Of a DNA stretch of 64,000 nucleotides, positions 1 to 10,359 are shown one piece after another (position 1 is the stretch's first letter; every line of letters begins with the position of its first letter). Origin of the DNA: Sulfuricurvum sp. GTDB taxonomy: Bacteria; Campylobacterota; Campylobacteria; Campylobacterales; Sulfurimonadaceae. The stretch is taken from NCBI GenBank assembly GCA_030696775.1, contig JAUYRN010000012.1:65426-129425 (forward strand), written 5' to 3'. A program made the position numbers and the translations under genes. The notes below the pieces were generated by a model that saw only the letters and a list, made by a program, of their open reading frames with translations, had not been told where the DNA came from and did not search any database.

Positions 1-516
1 TATTTGTGATGCTTCTATGGTTGCTTTTTGAGATAAAGCACTGTTTTTAGCCGCCAAAATTCGTGATTCACGTGCATTCCAAAAATCAAAATCGTAATCT
101 AGCATCAATGATGGCTGATACTGTGTATACGTCCCTCCTCCTAATGGTGGAGGAAAAATATGATTTTCACTGAAACGTTGCCGAACTACACTGGCATTAG
201 TAGAGATGTGTGGCAGATTACGAGATTGAACGGATTCAATAATAGTATTTGCTTGGGCATATCGAGCTTCTATACTTTTAAGTGAGGGGGAATTTGTGAG
301 CGCTTCGGAAATAATCCTATTAAGCTGCAAATCGCCGTATCCTTTCCACCAGTCGCTCACAAGCTGTGTTTCATTATCATTACTTACGTCGATGCTTTTT
401 TCTACATCACTATTTACCACTTTTTTTGAAATTACAGCAGCTTTATCAATTTTAGGAATGCAGCCTGTTAGCAATAACAAGGATAAAAAAACGATTAAAA
501 GCGTTTTAGTATTCAT
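1..516 (-). CDS. Efflux outer-membrane lipoprotein (NodT/TolC family), truncated by window start
   Basis: Manual translation from the ATG at 516: MNTKTLLIVFLSLLLLTGC (lipobox LTGC) ... WWKGYGDLQLNRIISEALTNSPSL ... DFDFW, typical of NodT-type OMFs. Start overlaps the MarR stop. Not in the ORF track. Confidence 0.85.
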   Translation of the reverse strand, partial: MNTKTLLIVFLSLLLLTGCIPKIDKAAVISKKVVNSDVEKSIDVSNDNETQLVSDWWKGYGDLQLNRIISEALTNSPSLKSIEARYAQANTIIESVQSRNLPHISTNASVVRQRFSENHIFPPPLGGGTYTQYQPSLMLDYDFDFWNARESRILAAKNSALSQKATIEASQI

Positions 517-950
517 TATAAACCGTTTTTTAGATTTTCATAAATGGTTTGAAGAAGATGTGACATTTCCTCTTTTTGTTCAGAACTAACTCCTTTAAAA
601 GCCCTTTCAATGACTTTCTCTCCCAATGTAATGAGCTCATCTTGGAGGTCCCTCCCTTTCGTAGTAATCGTTACGAGATAAGCTCTTCGATCATTTTCTT
701 TGGGCTCACGCTTTACCAGTCCTTTTAATTCCAATTTATCCAGCATAAGAGTTAGATTAGATTGCTCAAAATAGGTATCTTGGGCCAACTCTTTTTGAGT
801 CAATCGGTCTTTTTCACACAAACGAATGAGTATTACACGCTGTGCATACGATATAGAATAAGGCTTTAGTTCTTTTTCCAATTCATTTTTAAGAATATTT
901 CGTGTTTTAGCGATCATAAAAGCAATCGACTTATCAGATTCAAAACTCAT
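516..950 (-). CDS. MarR-family transcriptional regulator
   Basis: 144 aa winged helix with LTQKELA...LDKLELKGLVKR...DRRA; lies directly upstream of an efflux gene. Confidence 0.93.
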   Translation of the reverse strand: MSFESDKSIAFMIAKTRNILKNELEKELKPYSISYAQRVILIRLCEKDRLTQKELAQDTYFEQSNLTLMLDKLELKGLVKREPKENDRRAYLVTITTKGRDLQDELITLGEKVIERAFKGVSSEQKEEMSHLLQTIYENLKNGL

Positions 951-996
951 GCATTTCCTTTGAAGTAATTATGCAATTCTAAAACGATACTGCTTA

Positions 997-1018
997 AATA
1001 GTTATTATAATAACTATT
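997..1018. promoter_or_regulatory. Perfect 22-bp palindrome AATAGTTATTATAATAACTATT, candidate MarR operator
   Basis: The palindrome is read directly. It lies about 47 bp upstream of marR in the divergent promoter region. The operator role is inferred. Confidence 0.65.
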
Positions 1019-1178
1019 ATGTGTATAATGTTATCTAAAGTCCTAGAAAACAATTAAACTTCGCTTTTATTCAATCTATCACTGCTGGATTAAATAAAAA
1101 TTAGTTAAAACATGCTTCTATATTTTTTATGGACTTAGTTTATAATGATTATAATTTAGAGATTAAAAAAGGAAATTT

Positions 1179-2324
1179 ATGAATACATTTACCTATTACA
1201 ATCCGACACGTATTGAATTTGGTCAAGACAAAGAAAACACGATAGGATCTATGATCGCTGAACAAGGAATCAAACGGCTGCTTCTTGTTTATGGTACCGG
1301 TTCGATCAAGAAAAAAGGGTTATATGACCGTGTTATCGCCAGTTTGATTTCCGCAGGTATTGAATACGAAGAGCTAGACGGTATTGTCAGTAATCCCTTG
1401 CTTTCACGTGTGCAAGATGGAATAACTCTTATTAAATCTAAAAATCTTCAAGCTGTTTTAGGTGTAGGTGGAGGTTCTGTTGTCGATTCGGCCAAAGCGA
1501 TGGCAGCAGGAGCTTTGTACGAGGGTGATGTGTGGGACTTCTTTGTTCAAAAAGCAGCCATTACCCAAGCACTTCCCGTTTATGCCGTAATGACCTTAGC
1601 AGCAACCGCAAGTGAGATGAATGGGAATTCCGTGGTTATGAATGAAACAACAAAACAAAAATATTCTATCGCATCTGTTTTACTTAATCCAAAAATATCG
1701 GTTATCAATCCCGCGCTTATGTCAAGTGTCACAAATGACTATTTGGCCTATTCTGCAGTCGACATCATCGCGCACACTATTGAAGTTTATTTTACAGCCA
1801 CCGATCACCCTCATCTGCAATCCAGATTTGTCGAATCTATTATTAAAACGGTTATTGAAACAACCGAGATTCTTCTTCATGACCCTGAGAACTACAACGC
1901 AAGAGCAGAATTCGCATGGGCATCGACTCAAGCTCTCAATGGGCTTACCTCTTCCGGTACTGCAGGAGGAAATTTTCCAAACCATATGATCGAACATGCT
2001 TTATCGGCTCTTTTTAATATTGCTCATGGGGCAGGACTTTCTATTGTTATCCCCGCTTGGATGAAATGGTACAAAGGAAATAATCTCCCTCAATTTGAAC
2101 GATTAGCAAAAGAAGTTTTTGGATTGCAAACGGCAGACCAGGGAATTGCCGCCCTTGAGCGCTGGTTTCACTCCATTGGAGCACCGATTCGTTTGTCTGA
2201 CGTAAATATACCTCGCCAGAGCATCGATGAATTAGCCCAAAATGCGCATGGTTTGGCGGTTCTTTGGGGAATGGGTGACAGGTACAGTACAGAGACAATT
2301 ATTGATATATTAAAAAAAGCCTAA
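1179..2324 (+). CDS. Iron-containing alcohol dehydrogenase (BdhA/YqhD-like)
   Basis: GGGSVVD and TLAATASE motifs plus the metal-binding His residues (HTIE, NHMIEH, HGAGL). Confidence 0.92.
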   Translation: MNTFTYYNPTRIEFGQDKENTIGSMIAEQGIKRLLLVYGTGSIKKKGLYDRVIASLISAGIEYEELDGIVSNPLLSRVQDGITLIKSKNLQAVLGVGGGSVVDSAKAMAAGALYEGDVWDFFVQKAAITQALPVYAVMTLAATASEMNGNSVVMNETTKQKYSIASVLLNPKISVINPALMSSVTNDYLAYSAVDIIAHTIEVYFTATDHPHLQSRFVESIIKTVIETTEILLHDPENYNARAEFAWASTQALNGLTSSGTAGGNFPNHMIEHALSALFNIAHGAGLSIVIPAWMKWYKGNNLPQFERLAKEVFGLQTADQGIAALERWFHSIGAPIRLSDVNIPRQSIDELAQNAHGLAVLWGMGDRYSTETIIDILKKA

Positions 2325-2347
2325 ACAACAACTGTGTAGAGAGTTAT

Positions 2348-2953
2348 TTACTTATTTTTGTTAGCCGTTACAACAAAAATAGGGTAGCTTTGCGCTTCCT
2401 TTTCAACCGTATAAGCATGATGAAAACGGACATTCACAAAACCTGCTTTTTCCATCAAGTCACGCAATGTATCGCGTTCAAATCCAAAATGATATACTCC
2501 TTCATTTCCATGCGTATGGAAACTTCCATCTTCAGCTTCCAAGTCAGCAAGTGCAACAAATCCATCTCGTTTAAGATGAGAGTAAAATGTCTTAAACAGT
2601 GAAGCAGTATCCTCCACGTGATGCATTGCCATTGAACTAACAATTCCATGGAACTCTTCATCCAGAGGCTCACTGATGATATTTTGACACGCTACTTTTA
2701 CCTGCAGCGTATCACTATTTTTTGCGAGTATTTGTTCAAGCATTTTCTCGGATAAATCAATACCTGTAACCGAGTGGACCATGGGTGCGATTTTAAAACT
2801 CAGTAGTCCCGTTCCCGCACCAAAATCCATAATGTTCATAGTATTGGCTAAAGCAATACGGCTGACAATCGTTTGGAATACACATTGAGCAATATTTTGT
2901 CGTGTGTCTCCTTGATCCCATTGAGCCGCAGCATTATCAAAATGTTTTGACAT
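2348..2953 (-). CDS. Class I SAM-dependent methyltransferase
   Basis: DFGAGTG motif I, GIDLS and SSMAMHHV. Confidence 0.9.
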   Translation of the reverse strand: MSKHFDNAAAQWDQGDTRQNIAQCVFQTIVSRIALANTMNIMDFGAGTGLLSFKIAPMVHSVTGIDLSEKMLEQILAKNSDTLQVKVACQNIISEPLDEEFHGIVSSMAMHHVEDTASLFKTFYSHLKRDGFVALADLEAEDGSFHTHGNEGVYHFGFERDTLRDLMEKAGFVNVRFHHAYTVEKEAQSYPIFVVTANKNK

Positions 2954-2969
2954 CGTGTTCCTTTTTCAA

Positions 2970-3437
2970 TTACATTGCAAATAAAAACAAATAAATACTA
3001 CAACCCATCACCGAAGTAAGGGTTAAAGCTCCAAAAATCCATTTTCCCATACGGCGATGTTTTGCCATACCTTCTATTCCTTCTTTTGTATACGTTTGAT
3101 AGGAGGTGATAATCAGATAAATCCAGCCCCCGACTGCCAATAATGCAATCAAAATATGCACAGCTAAAAAGAGAAGCAAAAAATCATAGGAGACATTTGA
3201 GAGTTTAACGTATTCAACAAAACCGCCGCCAAGTCGAACACCGATTTCAAAGATTAAAACCATGACAACGGTCAATGCCAAAATAACCATTTGTGACTTG
3301 TAATGAAGATCAATACGTCCAACAACTGCTTGACGTATTGAAAAAGCCAATAAAAAAGGCAAAATTGCGAAATATAAGGTGACGATATCCATGTATACAG
3401 CAGCACGCGTCCCTAAAAATCCAGGTTCAAAAAACAT
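2970..3437 (-). CDS. DUF420-like membrane protein
   Basis: Four hydrophobic segments, with HYKSQ, HILIA and HRRMGK His motifs. Start moved to MFFEPG (or 3443); the ORF track starts at 3551. Confidence 0.7.
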   Translation of the reverse strand: MFFEPGFLGTRAAVYMDIVTLYFAILPFLLAFSIRQAVVGRIDLHYKSQMVILALTVVMVLIFEIGVRLGGGFVEYVKLSNVSYDFLLLFLAVHILIALLAVGGWIYLIITSYQTYTKEGIEGMAKHRRMGKWIFGALTLTSVMGCSIYLFLFAM

Positions 3438-3586
3438 TTTCATCCATTGTATTAAAATTATCGCATTATAGGTTAAGAGAGTTTCATAGATAATTAATCT
3501 GAAGAGGCATTTAAGTAATTTTTTATCACTTATAAGGGTACAATACTCCAAATTTCAATATTTAACTTAATAGGAGAGTCTTTTTC

Positions 3587-4528
3587 ATGGATGAAGCAAA
3601 AAACTCAATTTACGACAGAATAATAAATATTCACGATGAGGCGCTCGCCTCATTAAGTGCCAAGCATATCCCTCCTTATCCTGTCCATTACGAAAAACAA
3701 TTTAACCGAATTTTTGAATCGCTTTCTGATCATACACTAAAGACTGCTTTAAATCATGACAGTACTATGGATGATAAAATAAATTCAATTAGCAAATACA
3801 TTGAATTAGCCAAAATAGCAGTAGAAGCATTTTCACAAAGCCATGCCAATATGGCGCTCGTTGCCGCTCAACAAAATAATCTCTTAAGCTCATACGATAT
3901 GAGTAACAATATGAATGAGCAGGCTCGTTTAAATATTATTAATGGCTTAATGGAGCTTAGCACCAATATGAACCAAGAGCTTCAGCGATCAGAAGAAAAA
4001 ATTGTTGATCTTAATGAACGGCTTGATGATGTTTTATTGGATGTCACAACCGATCCTCTGACGCATCTCCTTAATCACCGTAAATATATGGAAGATTTAA
4101 CCAACATACTCTCCAATGGAATGGATAATGAACTTTCCTTTTTATCGTTAATGATTAATGCTGATGACTTCAAAAAAATCAATGATACCTTTGGGCATAC
4201 AGCAGGAGATAAAGTACTGTATTTTTTAGCGCAAACGATCAAAGGAATGGTGCGTGCAGGTGATATTGTTTACCGCTATGGCGGTGATCAATTTGCTGTT
4301 TTGATTAATCGCTGTGATAAAGAAAAAGCACTAAGTGTTGCAGAAAAAATATTGCATAAAGTTGAAAATTCTCATCTTATCTACAGTGGTCAAAGTATTG
4401 AACTTACTGTCAGTATAGGGGCTACAATGCATCAGTCAAGTGATGACATCGATACCATTATTAAACGAACCGATAGTGCTCTTTTGAAAAGTAAACAAAG
4501 TGGAAAAAATAAAATTACGTTAGTATAG
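3587..4528 (+). CDS. GGDEF-domain protein with degenerate active site (GGDQF)
   Basis: TDPLTHLLNHR, NADDFKKIND, GHTAGD and RAGD-x5-GGDQF, after a coiled-coil N-terminus. Confidence 0.9.
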   Translation: MDEAKNSIYDRIINIHDEALASLSAKHIPPYPVHYEKQFNRIFESLSDHTLKTALNHDSTMDDKINSISKYIELAKIAVEAFSQSHANMALVAAQQNNLLSSYDMSNNMNEQARLNIINGLMELSTNMNQELQRSEEKIVDLNERLDDVLLDVTTDPLTHLLNHRKYMEDLTNILSNGMDNELSFLSLMINADDFKKINDTFGHTAGDKVLYFLAQTIKGMVRAGDIVYRYGGDQFAVLINRCDKEKALSVAEKILHKVENSHLIYSGQSIELTVSIGATMHQSSDDIDTIIKRTDSALLKSKQSGKNKITLV

Positions 4529-4576
4529 GTAAAAGTAAGGTTATGCTATAATTTCAAAAAAATTAAAGGCACAACA

Positions 4577-5743
4577 ATGCTAACCGATCGCGTTAATACC
4601 CTATCAGAATCGATTACCATCGCTATTTCAACCTTGGCTCAAGAGCTAAAGGCTCAAGGCAAAGACATCATCAGCTTTTCAGCTGGTGAACCTGACTTTG
4701 ATACTCCTCAAGTCATCAAAGATGCTGCCATTCGTGCAATTAATGAAGGTTTTACCAAATACACTGCAGTTGACGGTATCCCTGCCCTTAAATCTGCTAT
4801 CGCATTAAAGCTAAAACGTGATAATGGCCTTGAGTATAAAGCTGACCAAATTATTGCCAATAATGGCGCAAAACATTCTCTTTACAATCTTTTTGCCTGT
4901 ACTATTCAAGCCGGAGATGAAGTTATTATTCCAGCACCATATTGGGTTACCTATCCTGAATTAGTACAATATTGTGGCGGTACGGTTATTGAGATTATGA
5001 CCGATGATGCCAGCGGTTTTAAAATTACTCCTGAGCAACTTAAAAATGCATTGACACCTAAAACAAAAATGCTTATTTTAACCTCTCCTTCGAATCCTAC
5101 AGGAGCCGTTTATACACGTGATGAGCTTACAGCATTGGGTAAAGTTCTTGAAGGAACAGATATTATTGTTGCCAGCGATGAGATGTATGAAAAACTGATC
5201 TATGACGGTGAATTTGTATCGGCAGCTGCGGTCAGCGATGATATGTTTAAGCGCACCGTTACCATCAATGGGCTGAGTAAATCTGTGGCTATGACTGGAT
5301 GGCGTTTTGGCTATATGGCGGCTGCTAATACCGAAATCATACAAGCAACGAAAAAACTTCAAAGCCAAAGTACGTCAAACATCAATTCTATTACTCAAAA
5401 AGCAGCTATTGTTGGACTTAATGGCGAAGCAGATGCAGACATCGAGACAATGCGTCAAGCATTTATGGCACGACGAGATGAAGCTGTTCGTCTTTTTAAT
5501 GATATTGACGGGCTTTCGGTTCTTTCACCGAATGGAGCATTCTATCTCTTTGTAAACATCAAAAAAATCAGTAATGATTCAATGACTTTTTGTAAAGAGC
5601 TACTTGAAGAACAAGGTATTGCGGTAGTTCCAGGAATCGGTTTTGGTAGTGAAGGGTATTTTCGCTTTAGTTTTGCAACCGATATTGACAGTATACGTGC
5701 AGGAATTAAACGGATTGCTACATTTGTAGATACGAAAAAATAA
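4577..5743 (+). CDS. aspC: PLP-dependent aminotransferase class I/II (aspartate aminotransferase)
   Basis: GEPDFDTP, SPSNPTG, DEMYE and GLSKSVAMTGWRFG (PLP lysine). Confidence 0.92.
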   Translation: MLTDRVNTLSESITIAISTLAQELKAQGKDIISFSAGEPDFDTPQVIKDAAIRAINEGFTKYTAVDGIPALKSAIALKLKRDNGLEYKADQIIANNGAKHSLYNLFACTIQAGDEVIIPAPYWVTYPELVQYCGGTVIEIMTDDASGFKITPEQLKNALTPKTKMLILTSPSNPTGAVYTRDELTALGKVLEGTDIIVASDEMYEKLIYDGEFVSAAAVSDDMFKRTVTINGLSKSVAMTGWRFGYMAAANTEIIQATKKLQSQSTSNINSITQKAAIVGLNGEADADIETMRQAFMARRDEAVRLFNDIDGLSVLSPNGAFYLFVNIKKISNDSMTFCKELLEEQGIAVVPGIGFGSEGYFRFSFATDIDSIRAGIKRIATFVDTKK

Positions 5744-5765
5744 TAGATTTTGAACTTCATTATTA

Positions 5766-5791
5766 GTCATTCCCGTTAATGCAGGAATGAT
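5766..5791. terminator. Hairpin TCATTCC-N10-GGAATGA between convergent genes
   Basis: Inverted repeat read directly, between the aspC stop and the stop of the 73-aa ORF. Confidence 0.5.
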
Positions 5792-5795
5792 TAAC

Positions 5796-6017
5796 TTATT
5801 TTATGCTTTGCAGCGCAGCAATAACTTCATCAAGATTCCCCAACGGAAGATGTACTTTCCACTCTGGATTTTTTGCATCACCTGAAAGTGATATTCCAAT
5901 ACTTGCTACGCTGTCACTGCCTTCACCATATGGGGCATCGATCTTACTGACCGCAATTACCCCTTTTTTAGTCCCGTTCAATGGTATTTCTTTGATAATA
6001 GCTGCAGATGAACTCAT
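5796..6017 (-). CDS. Small hypothetical protein (73 aa)
   Basis: Clean ORF with upstream GGAG and protein-like composition; no family recognised. Confidence 0.65.
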   Translation of the reverse strand: MSSSAAIIKEIPLNGTKKGVIAVSKIDAPYGEGSDSVASIGISLSGDAKNPEWKVHLPLGNLDEVIAALQSIK

Positions 6018-6089
6018 AAATTCTCCTAGTAAAAGTGATATAAATAAGAGTGTATCGGGATTTTTGCTAAAGAAAGCTTAAAAAAAGTC

Positions 6090-6644
6090 TTATTGGTTAG
6101 AGGTTAATGATTCAGAAGGATTTCCATAAATAAATGCGTACATTTTGCGGTAATATCGCTCATTACGTGTACGGTCTGTAGCACTAAAATGATGATATCT
6201 TCCTAAAGTTTCCCAAGAATAGCCAAAACTTTTTACCAAACTAGTAATAATACGATTGGCATGTTCTCGTTCAGTTGCATCCACGAAATATTCAGAAAGA
6301 GTCGTATTAGGATGATATTTATAATTAATTTGATAGGGTCCAAGGTCAAGATTTGTAATTCCGCCATTAATAAGGGCTTGAGTCTGTGATGAACACTCTT
6401 CTGTCGAATTACATCGGATAATATGCCCTTGCACCGCAAAACCTGCCATTTTGGCACGTTGAGCATCTTCCTCGACATTAATACGAATAACATTTGGATT
6501 ACATTGTCCATCTGCTTCTTTTAAACATTCACAATGCTTAATAGCGTCCAAAACGATATCAGGCATACGCACGCCAGATGTATCCATACCCTCACCCATG
6601 AGGTGAGCAGTAAGTATCAATAGCGTACTTAATTTTTTCATCAT
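6090..6644 (-). CDS. Secreted protein, probable lytic transglycosylase (SLT-like)
   Basis: Signal-peptide-like N-terminus. DLGPYQIN resembles the SLT GLMQI motif; AIKHCEC could be the AIxxxES catalytic Glu helix; C-terminal LGRYH. Confidence 0.55.
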   Translation of the reverse strand: MMKKLSTLLILTAHLMGEGMDTSGVRMPDIVLDAIKHCECLKEADGQCNPNVIRINVEEDAQRAKMAGFAVQGHIIRCNSTEECSSQTQALINGGITNLDLGPYQINYKYHPNTTLSEYFVDATEREHANRIITSLVKSFGYSWETLGRYHHFSATDRTRNERYYRKMYAFIYGNPSESLTSNQ

Positions 6645-6656
6645 GACTATCCTGTC

Positions 6657-7607
6657 TTAAGCTTGTAACATTTTAGCTAACTTTGCTTGAAGTTTCAGCC
6701 ATAATTTATGTTCCATAAGTGGAAAGCCGCTGTAGACTCCCCCAATTTTGATACTTTTTGTAACACCCGAGCGTGCAGCTAATGTCGTAAAGGGTGCAAT
6801 AGTGAGATGACCAGCCGTTGCACTTTGCCCGCCCATAACCACATTACGACCCAATGTCGTTGATCCGGCAAGACCCGATTGTGAGACCATAATACAATGT
6901 TCGCCAACAACACAGTTATGACCAATTTGAATAAGATTATCGATTTTACTTCCATGCTTAATGATAGTAGAGCCAAATACTGCACAGTCAATCGTCGTGT
7001 TCGCCCCAATCTCAACATCATCTTCAACTATAACATTACCATTTTGATAGAGTTTAATATGCTCGCCTATCTTGGTATGTGCATACCCAAAACCATCACT
7101 TCCAATAACACTACCCGAATGAATCATTACATTGTTGCCAACAATACAATCACGATACACCGAGACGTTAGGGTAAAGAATAACATTATCCCCTATAACC
7201 GCATCAGTGCCAATGTAAACACCACTCATGATCGTACAATTCGAACCGATACATGCACCATTTTCGATATGTGCAGTTGGATAAATAACACTTCCAGAAC
7301 CAATAATAGGTGCAATGTCGCTGCTGGCAATAGGTTTAGCAAATACTTTTGAGAGTCGCGCTACCATAAGATAAGGTTCATCACTGCACAAAGCTAAAAC
7401 ATTTTTGGGTAATAAATGAACTTTTGATGCAGGAAGAATAACGGCAGATGCCAGAGTTTCCTCTAAATCTTTTTCATATTTAGAATCCGAAAGAAAAGAT
7501 ATTTCTCCTTCACTTGCTTCTTTGAGAGTATTCATTCCCGTAATATTACAATTATGTTCTGATAGAGCATCAAATTCAAGAAGATGAATAATATCGTTAA
7601 GTGTCAT
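6657..7607 (-). CDS. lpxD: UDP-3-O-(3-hydroxyacyl)glucosamine N-acyltransferase
   Basis: Hexapeptide repeats with [15 protein letters not shown] and [11 protein letters not shown]. Confidence 0.96.
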   Translation of the reverse strand: MTLNDIIHLLEFDALSEHNCNITGMNTLKEASEGEISFLSDSKYEKDLEETLASAVILPASKVHLLPKNVLALCSDEPYLMVARLSKVFAKPIASSDIAPIIGSGSVIYPTAHIENGACIGSNCTIMSGVYIGTDAVIGDNVILYPNVSVYRDCIVGNNVMIHSGSVIGSDGFGYAHTKIGEHIKLYQNGNVIVEDDVEIGANTTIDCAVFGSTIIKHGSKIDNLIQIGHNCVVGEHCIMVSQSGLAGSTTLGRNVVMGGQSATAGHLTIAPFTTLAARSGVTKSIKIGGVYSGFPLMEHKLWLKLQAKLAKMLQA

Positions 7608-8078
7608 TTATCGCTCCATGGCTACTGAGCCGCTTCGAACAATCTCTTTTGGATGAAAACGTTTAATGGCTTCCAAGAAATGTCCTACACGCATAGGCTC
7701 ATCCGCAACCATAACGATAAGCGTATCACTGCCAACATTCACAATCCGACCGTTATAGGCATGTGCTAATGCTTCAATATCTCCCAGAGATTCAGTCAAT
7801 GGAATTTTGACCATTGCCATCTCTTTTTCTACCAAATCTGCATGCTCATATACTTTCAAAACAGGAATAAGTTTATGCAGCTGTTTGATGATTTGTTCAA
7901 CAACTTTGATAGAGCCTGCTGTCACGATGGTAATACGTGAGTATTTAGAATCAGGGATAGGAGCAACCGTAAGGGACTCAATGTTGTATCCGCGTCCTGA
8001 AAAAAGACCTGCTATGCGAGAAAGGACACTCGCCTCATTTAAAACGATAACGGAAATTACGCGTCGTGCTTGTTCCAT
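7608..8078 (-). CDS. ilvN: Acetolactate synthase small subunit
   Basis: ACT domain with LSRIAGLFSGRGYNIESL; coupled to the large subunit. Confidence 0.96.
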   Translation of the reverse strand: MEQARRVISVIVLNEASVLSRIAGLFSGRGYNIESLTVAPIPDSKYSRITIVTAGSIKVVEQIIKQLHKLIPVLKVYEHADLVEKEMAMVKIPLTESLGDIEALAHAYNGRIVNVGSDTLIVMVADEPMRVGHFLEAIKRFHPKEIVRSGSVAMER

Positions 8079-9772
8079 TATTTATCCTTATATTCTAACA
8101 TCATATTGAAGAGTGATCCACCTGCAGGAACCATTGGAAGTACATTCTCAAAGCGTGCAACTACAACGTCGATAAGTGCTACTACATTTTTTTCTACTGC
8201 ATCTTTCAGCGCCGTATCAAACTCTTCTTTGGTCGTTACACGGTAACCGACTCCGCCAAAACTTTCAGCAAGTTTCACAAAATCAGGCTGAATCGAAAGA
8301 TCGGTTGATGAATGGCGTTTGTCGTAAAACATAGTTTGCCATTGACGAACCATTCCCAAGAAATTATTGTTCAAAATAACGTTGATAACGGGCAGATTGT
8401 ATTCAACAGCTGTCATCAATTCTTGAATATTCATCAAGATCGATCCATCACCTGTGATGTTGATACTGACCCGATCCATATCCGCTCGTTTTACTCCGAT
8501 TGCAGCTGGGAAACCATATCCCATAGTCCCTAATCCGCCTGAACTGTTCCATTGGCGCGGACGGCTAAATGGATAGAACTGAGCCGTCCACATTTGGTGC
8601 TGGCCTACATCGGTAGAGATGTTGGCATCATCACCTAAAAGCTGACCTATACGCTGAACAACCCATTGCGGCTTGAGTCGATCACCCTCTTCAGTGTAGG
8701 ACAATGGATGAAGCTTGTTAAAATTCGCAATTGTATTGTGCCATGGGGCATAACGTAATGGATCGACTTGATCTTTTGCTAAGGTCATCATAGATTCGAC
8801 TACATTTTTAACATCTCCAACAATCGGGAAATGAGCATTTACCAACTTAGATATGCTTGCAGGATCAATATCAACATGAATAATCTGTGCATTTTTTGCA
8901 AATTCAGAAAGTTTACCCGTTACACGGTCATCAAAACGAGCGCCCAAACCAATGACCAAATCCGTCTCGGACATCGCCATATTTGCTGCATACGATCCAT
9001 GCATTCCCAACATTGAAATAAGTAACGGATCTGCATGATGAAGCGTTCCTCGTGCCATAAAAGTCTCAACCGCTGGAATTTGAGTCATTTTTGAAAACTC
9101 ACGCACCAGTTCAGCTGCACCCGAGCTGATAACACCGCCACCAAGATAGAGTAAAGGCCGTTTTGCATTGGCTATCGCTTCAACCGCTTTTTTAATTTGA
9201 CGCATATTCCCTTTTACCGTAGGCTTATAGGTCTCAAGCTCTACTTCTTTGGAATAATCAAATAAGGCTATTTGGGCCGTAACATCTTTTGGAATATCGA
9301 CATGCACTGGACCTGGGCGACCGGTACGTGCTAAATAAAATGCTTCTTTGAGGATACGCGCCAAATCCTTGGCATCCGTTACCAAATAGTTATGCTTCGT
9401 ACATGGACGACTGATTCCTACAGCATCGATCTCTTGGAACGCATCTGTACCAATAAGAGACATGGGAACTTGCCCGCTGATTACTACAAGAGGAACAGAA
9501 TCCATATAAGCATCTGCAATACCTGTAATAGCATTGGTAAATCCAGGGCCTGACGTAATCATCGCTACGCCTACTTTCCCTGAAGCCTTTGCATACCCTT
9601 CAGCAGCGTGTACGGCTGCTTGTTCATGACGTGTAAGGACGTGTTGAAACGAACTTTGTTGATAAATTGCATCATAGACGTTCATAATTGCACCGCCTGG
9701 ATAACCGAATATGACTTCGACTTCCTCCGCGATAAGAGCTTCGATAACCATCTGTGCGCCGCTTATTTGCAT
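8078..9772 (-). CDS. ilvB: Acetolactate synthase large subunit
   Basis: FGYPGGA, RHEQAA, TSGPG, DVGQHQMW and the ThDP motif GDGS...NN. Confidence 0.97.
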   Translation of the reverse strand: MQISGAQMVIEALIAEEVEVIFGYPGGAIMNVYDAIYQQSSFQHVLTRHEQAAVHAAEGYAKASGKVGVAMITSGPGFTNAITGIADAYMDSVPLVVISGQVPMSLIGTDAFQEIDAVGISRPCTKHNYLVTDAKDLARILKEAFYLARTGRPGPVHVDIPKDVTAQIALFDYSKEVELETYKPTVKGNMRQIKKAVEAIANAKRPLLYLGGGVISSGAAELVREFSKMTQIPAVETFMARGTLHHADPLLISMLGMHGSYAANMAMSETDLVIGLGARFDDRVTGKLSEFAKNAQIIHVDIDPASISKLVNAHFPIVGDVKNVVESMMTLAKDQVDPLRYAPWHNTIANFNKLHPLSYTEEGDRLKPQWVVQRIGQLLGDDANISTDVGQHQMWTAQFYPFSRPRQWNSSGGLGTMGYGFPAAIGVKRADMDRVSINITGDGSILMNIQELMTAVEYNLPVINVILNNNFLGMVRQWQTMFYDKRHSSTDLSIQPDFVKLAESFGGVGYRVTTKEEFDTALKDAVEKNVVALIDVVVARFENVLPMVPAGGSLFNMMLEYKDK

Positions 9773-9953
9773 GTCGTCTCCTTTACGTAAAATAGGTGTG
9801 AATAATATTAAAAAATTACGAAATTATAAGTGATATTAACTATAAATTACGTTAAATAGCCTATTGGCTTCAGAAAAATAGGTTAAAATTGATATTCATC
9901 AATCTATCACAGAACAAAGAGCGTTAAAATTCTAAAAATTTAAAGGATACTCC

Positions 9954-10358
9954 ATGAAAATGATCTTTTTGACAACTTTAACCACTGCGATATTAAGTGC
10001 AACGGACGGTTATTCTCTCTATAAAAATAATTGTATGAAATGTCATGCAGAGATGATGACGAAAGCGGAGGTTATGAAATCTTTTGGATCCCTAAAGGCA
10101 CCGCCTATGGTGGAAATTTCCAATCGACTCAAAGCCAATATCCATATTGTGGATGAAGACAAAGACGTCAAGCGTCGCGTGGTAATCGCTTTTATCAAAG
10201 ACTATATCGATAATCCAAGCATTCAATACAGTATGTGTGAACCAATGGCATTGGAAAAGTTTGGTGTAATGCCCTCTCTAAAAGGTAAGCTCAATAACAA
10301 ACAAAAAGAAGCGGTTGCTGCGTGGATATATGACCGGTATGAAGGTAAAACGTTTTAA
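9954..10358 (+). CDS. Periplasmic monoheme c-type cytochrome
   Basis: Signal peptide, CMKCH heme motif and distal Met candidates (PPM, GVMP). Confidence 0.85.
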   Translation: MKMIFLTTLTTAILSATDGYSLYKNNCMKCHAEMMTKAEVMKSFGSLKAPPMVEISNRLKANIHIVDEDKDVKRRVVIAFIKDYIDNPSIQYSMCEPMALEKFGVMPSLKGKLNNKQKEAVAAWIYDRYEGKTF

Positions 10359-10359
10359 T

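Noticed and set aside
296-589. 97-aa plus-strand ORF
   Set aside because: It is the antisense shadow of the efflux lipoprotein and marR genes.
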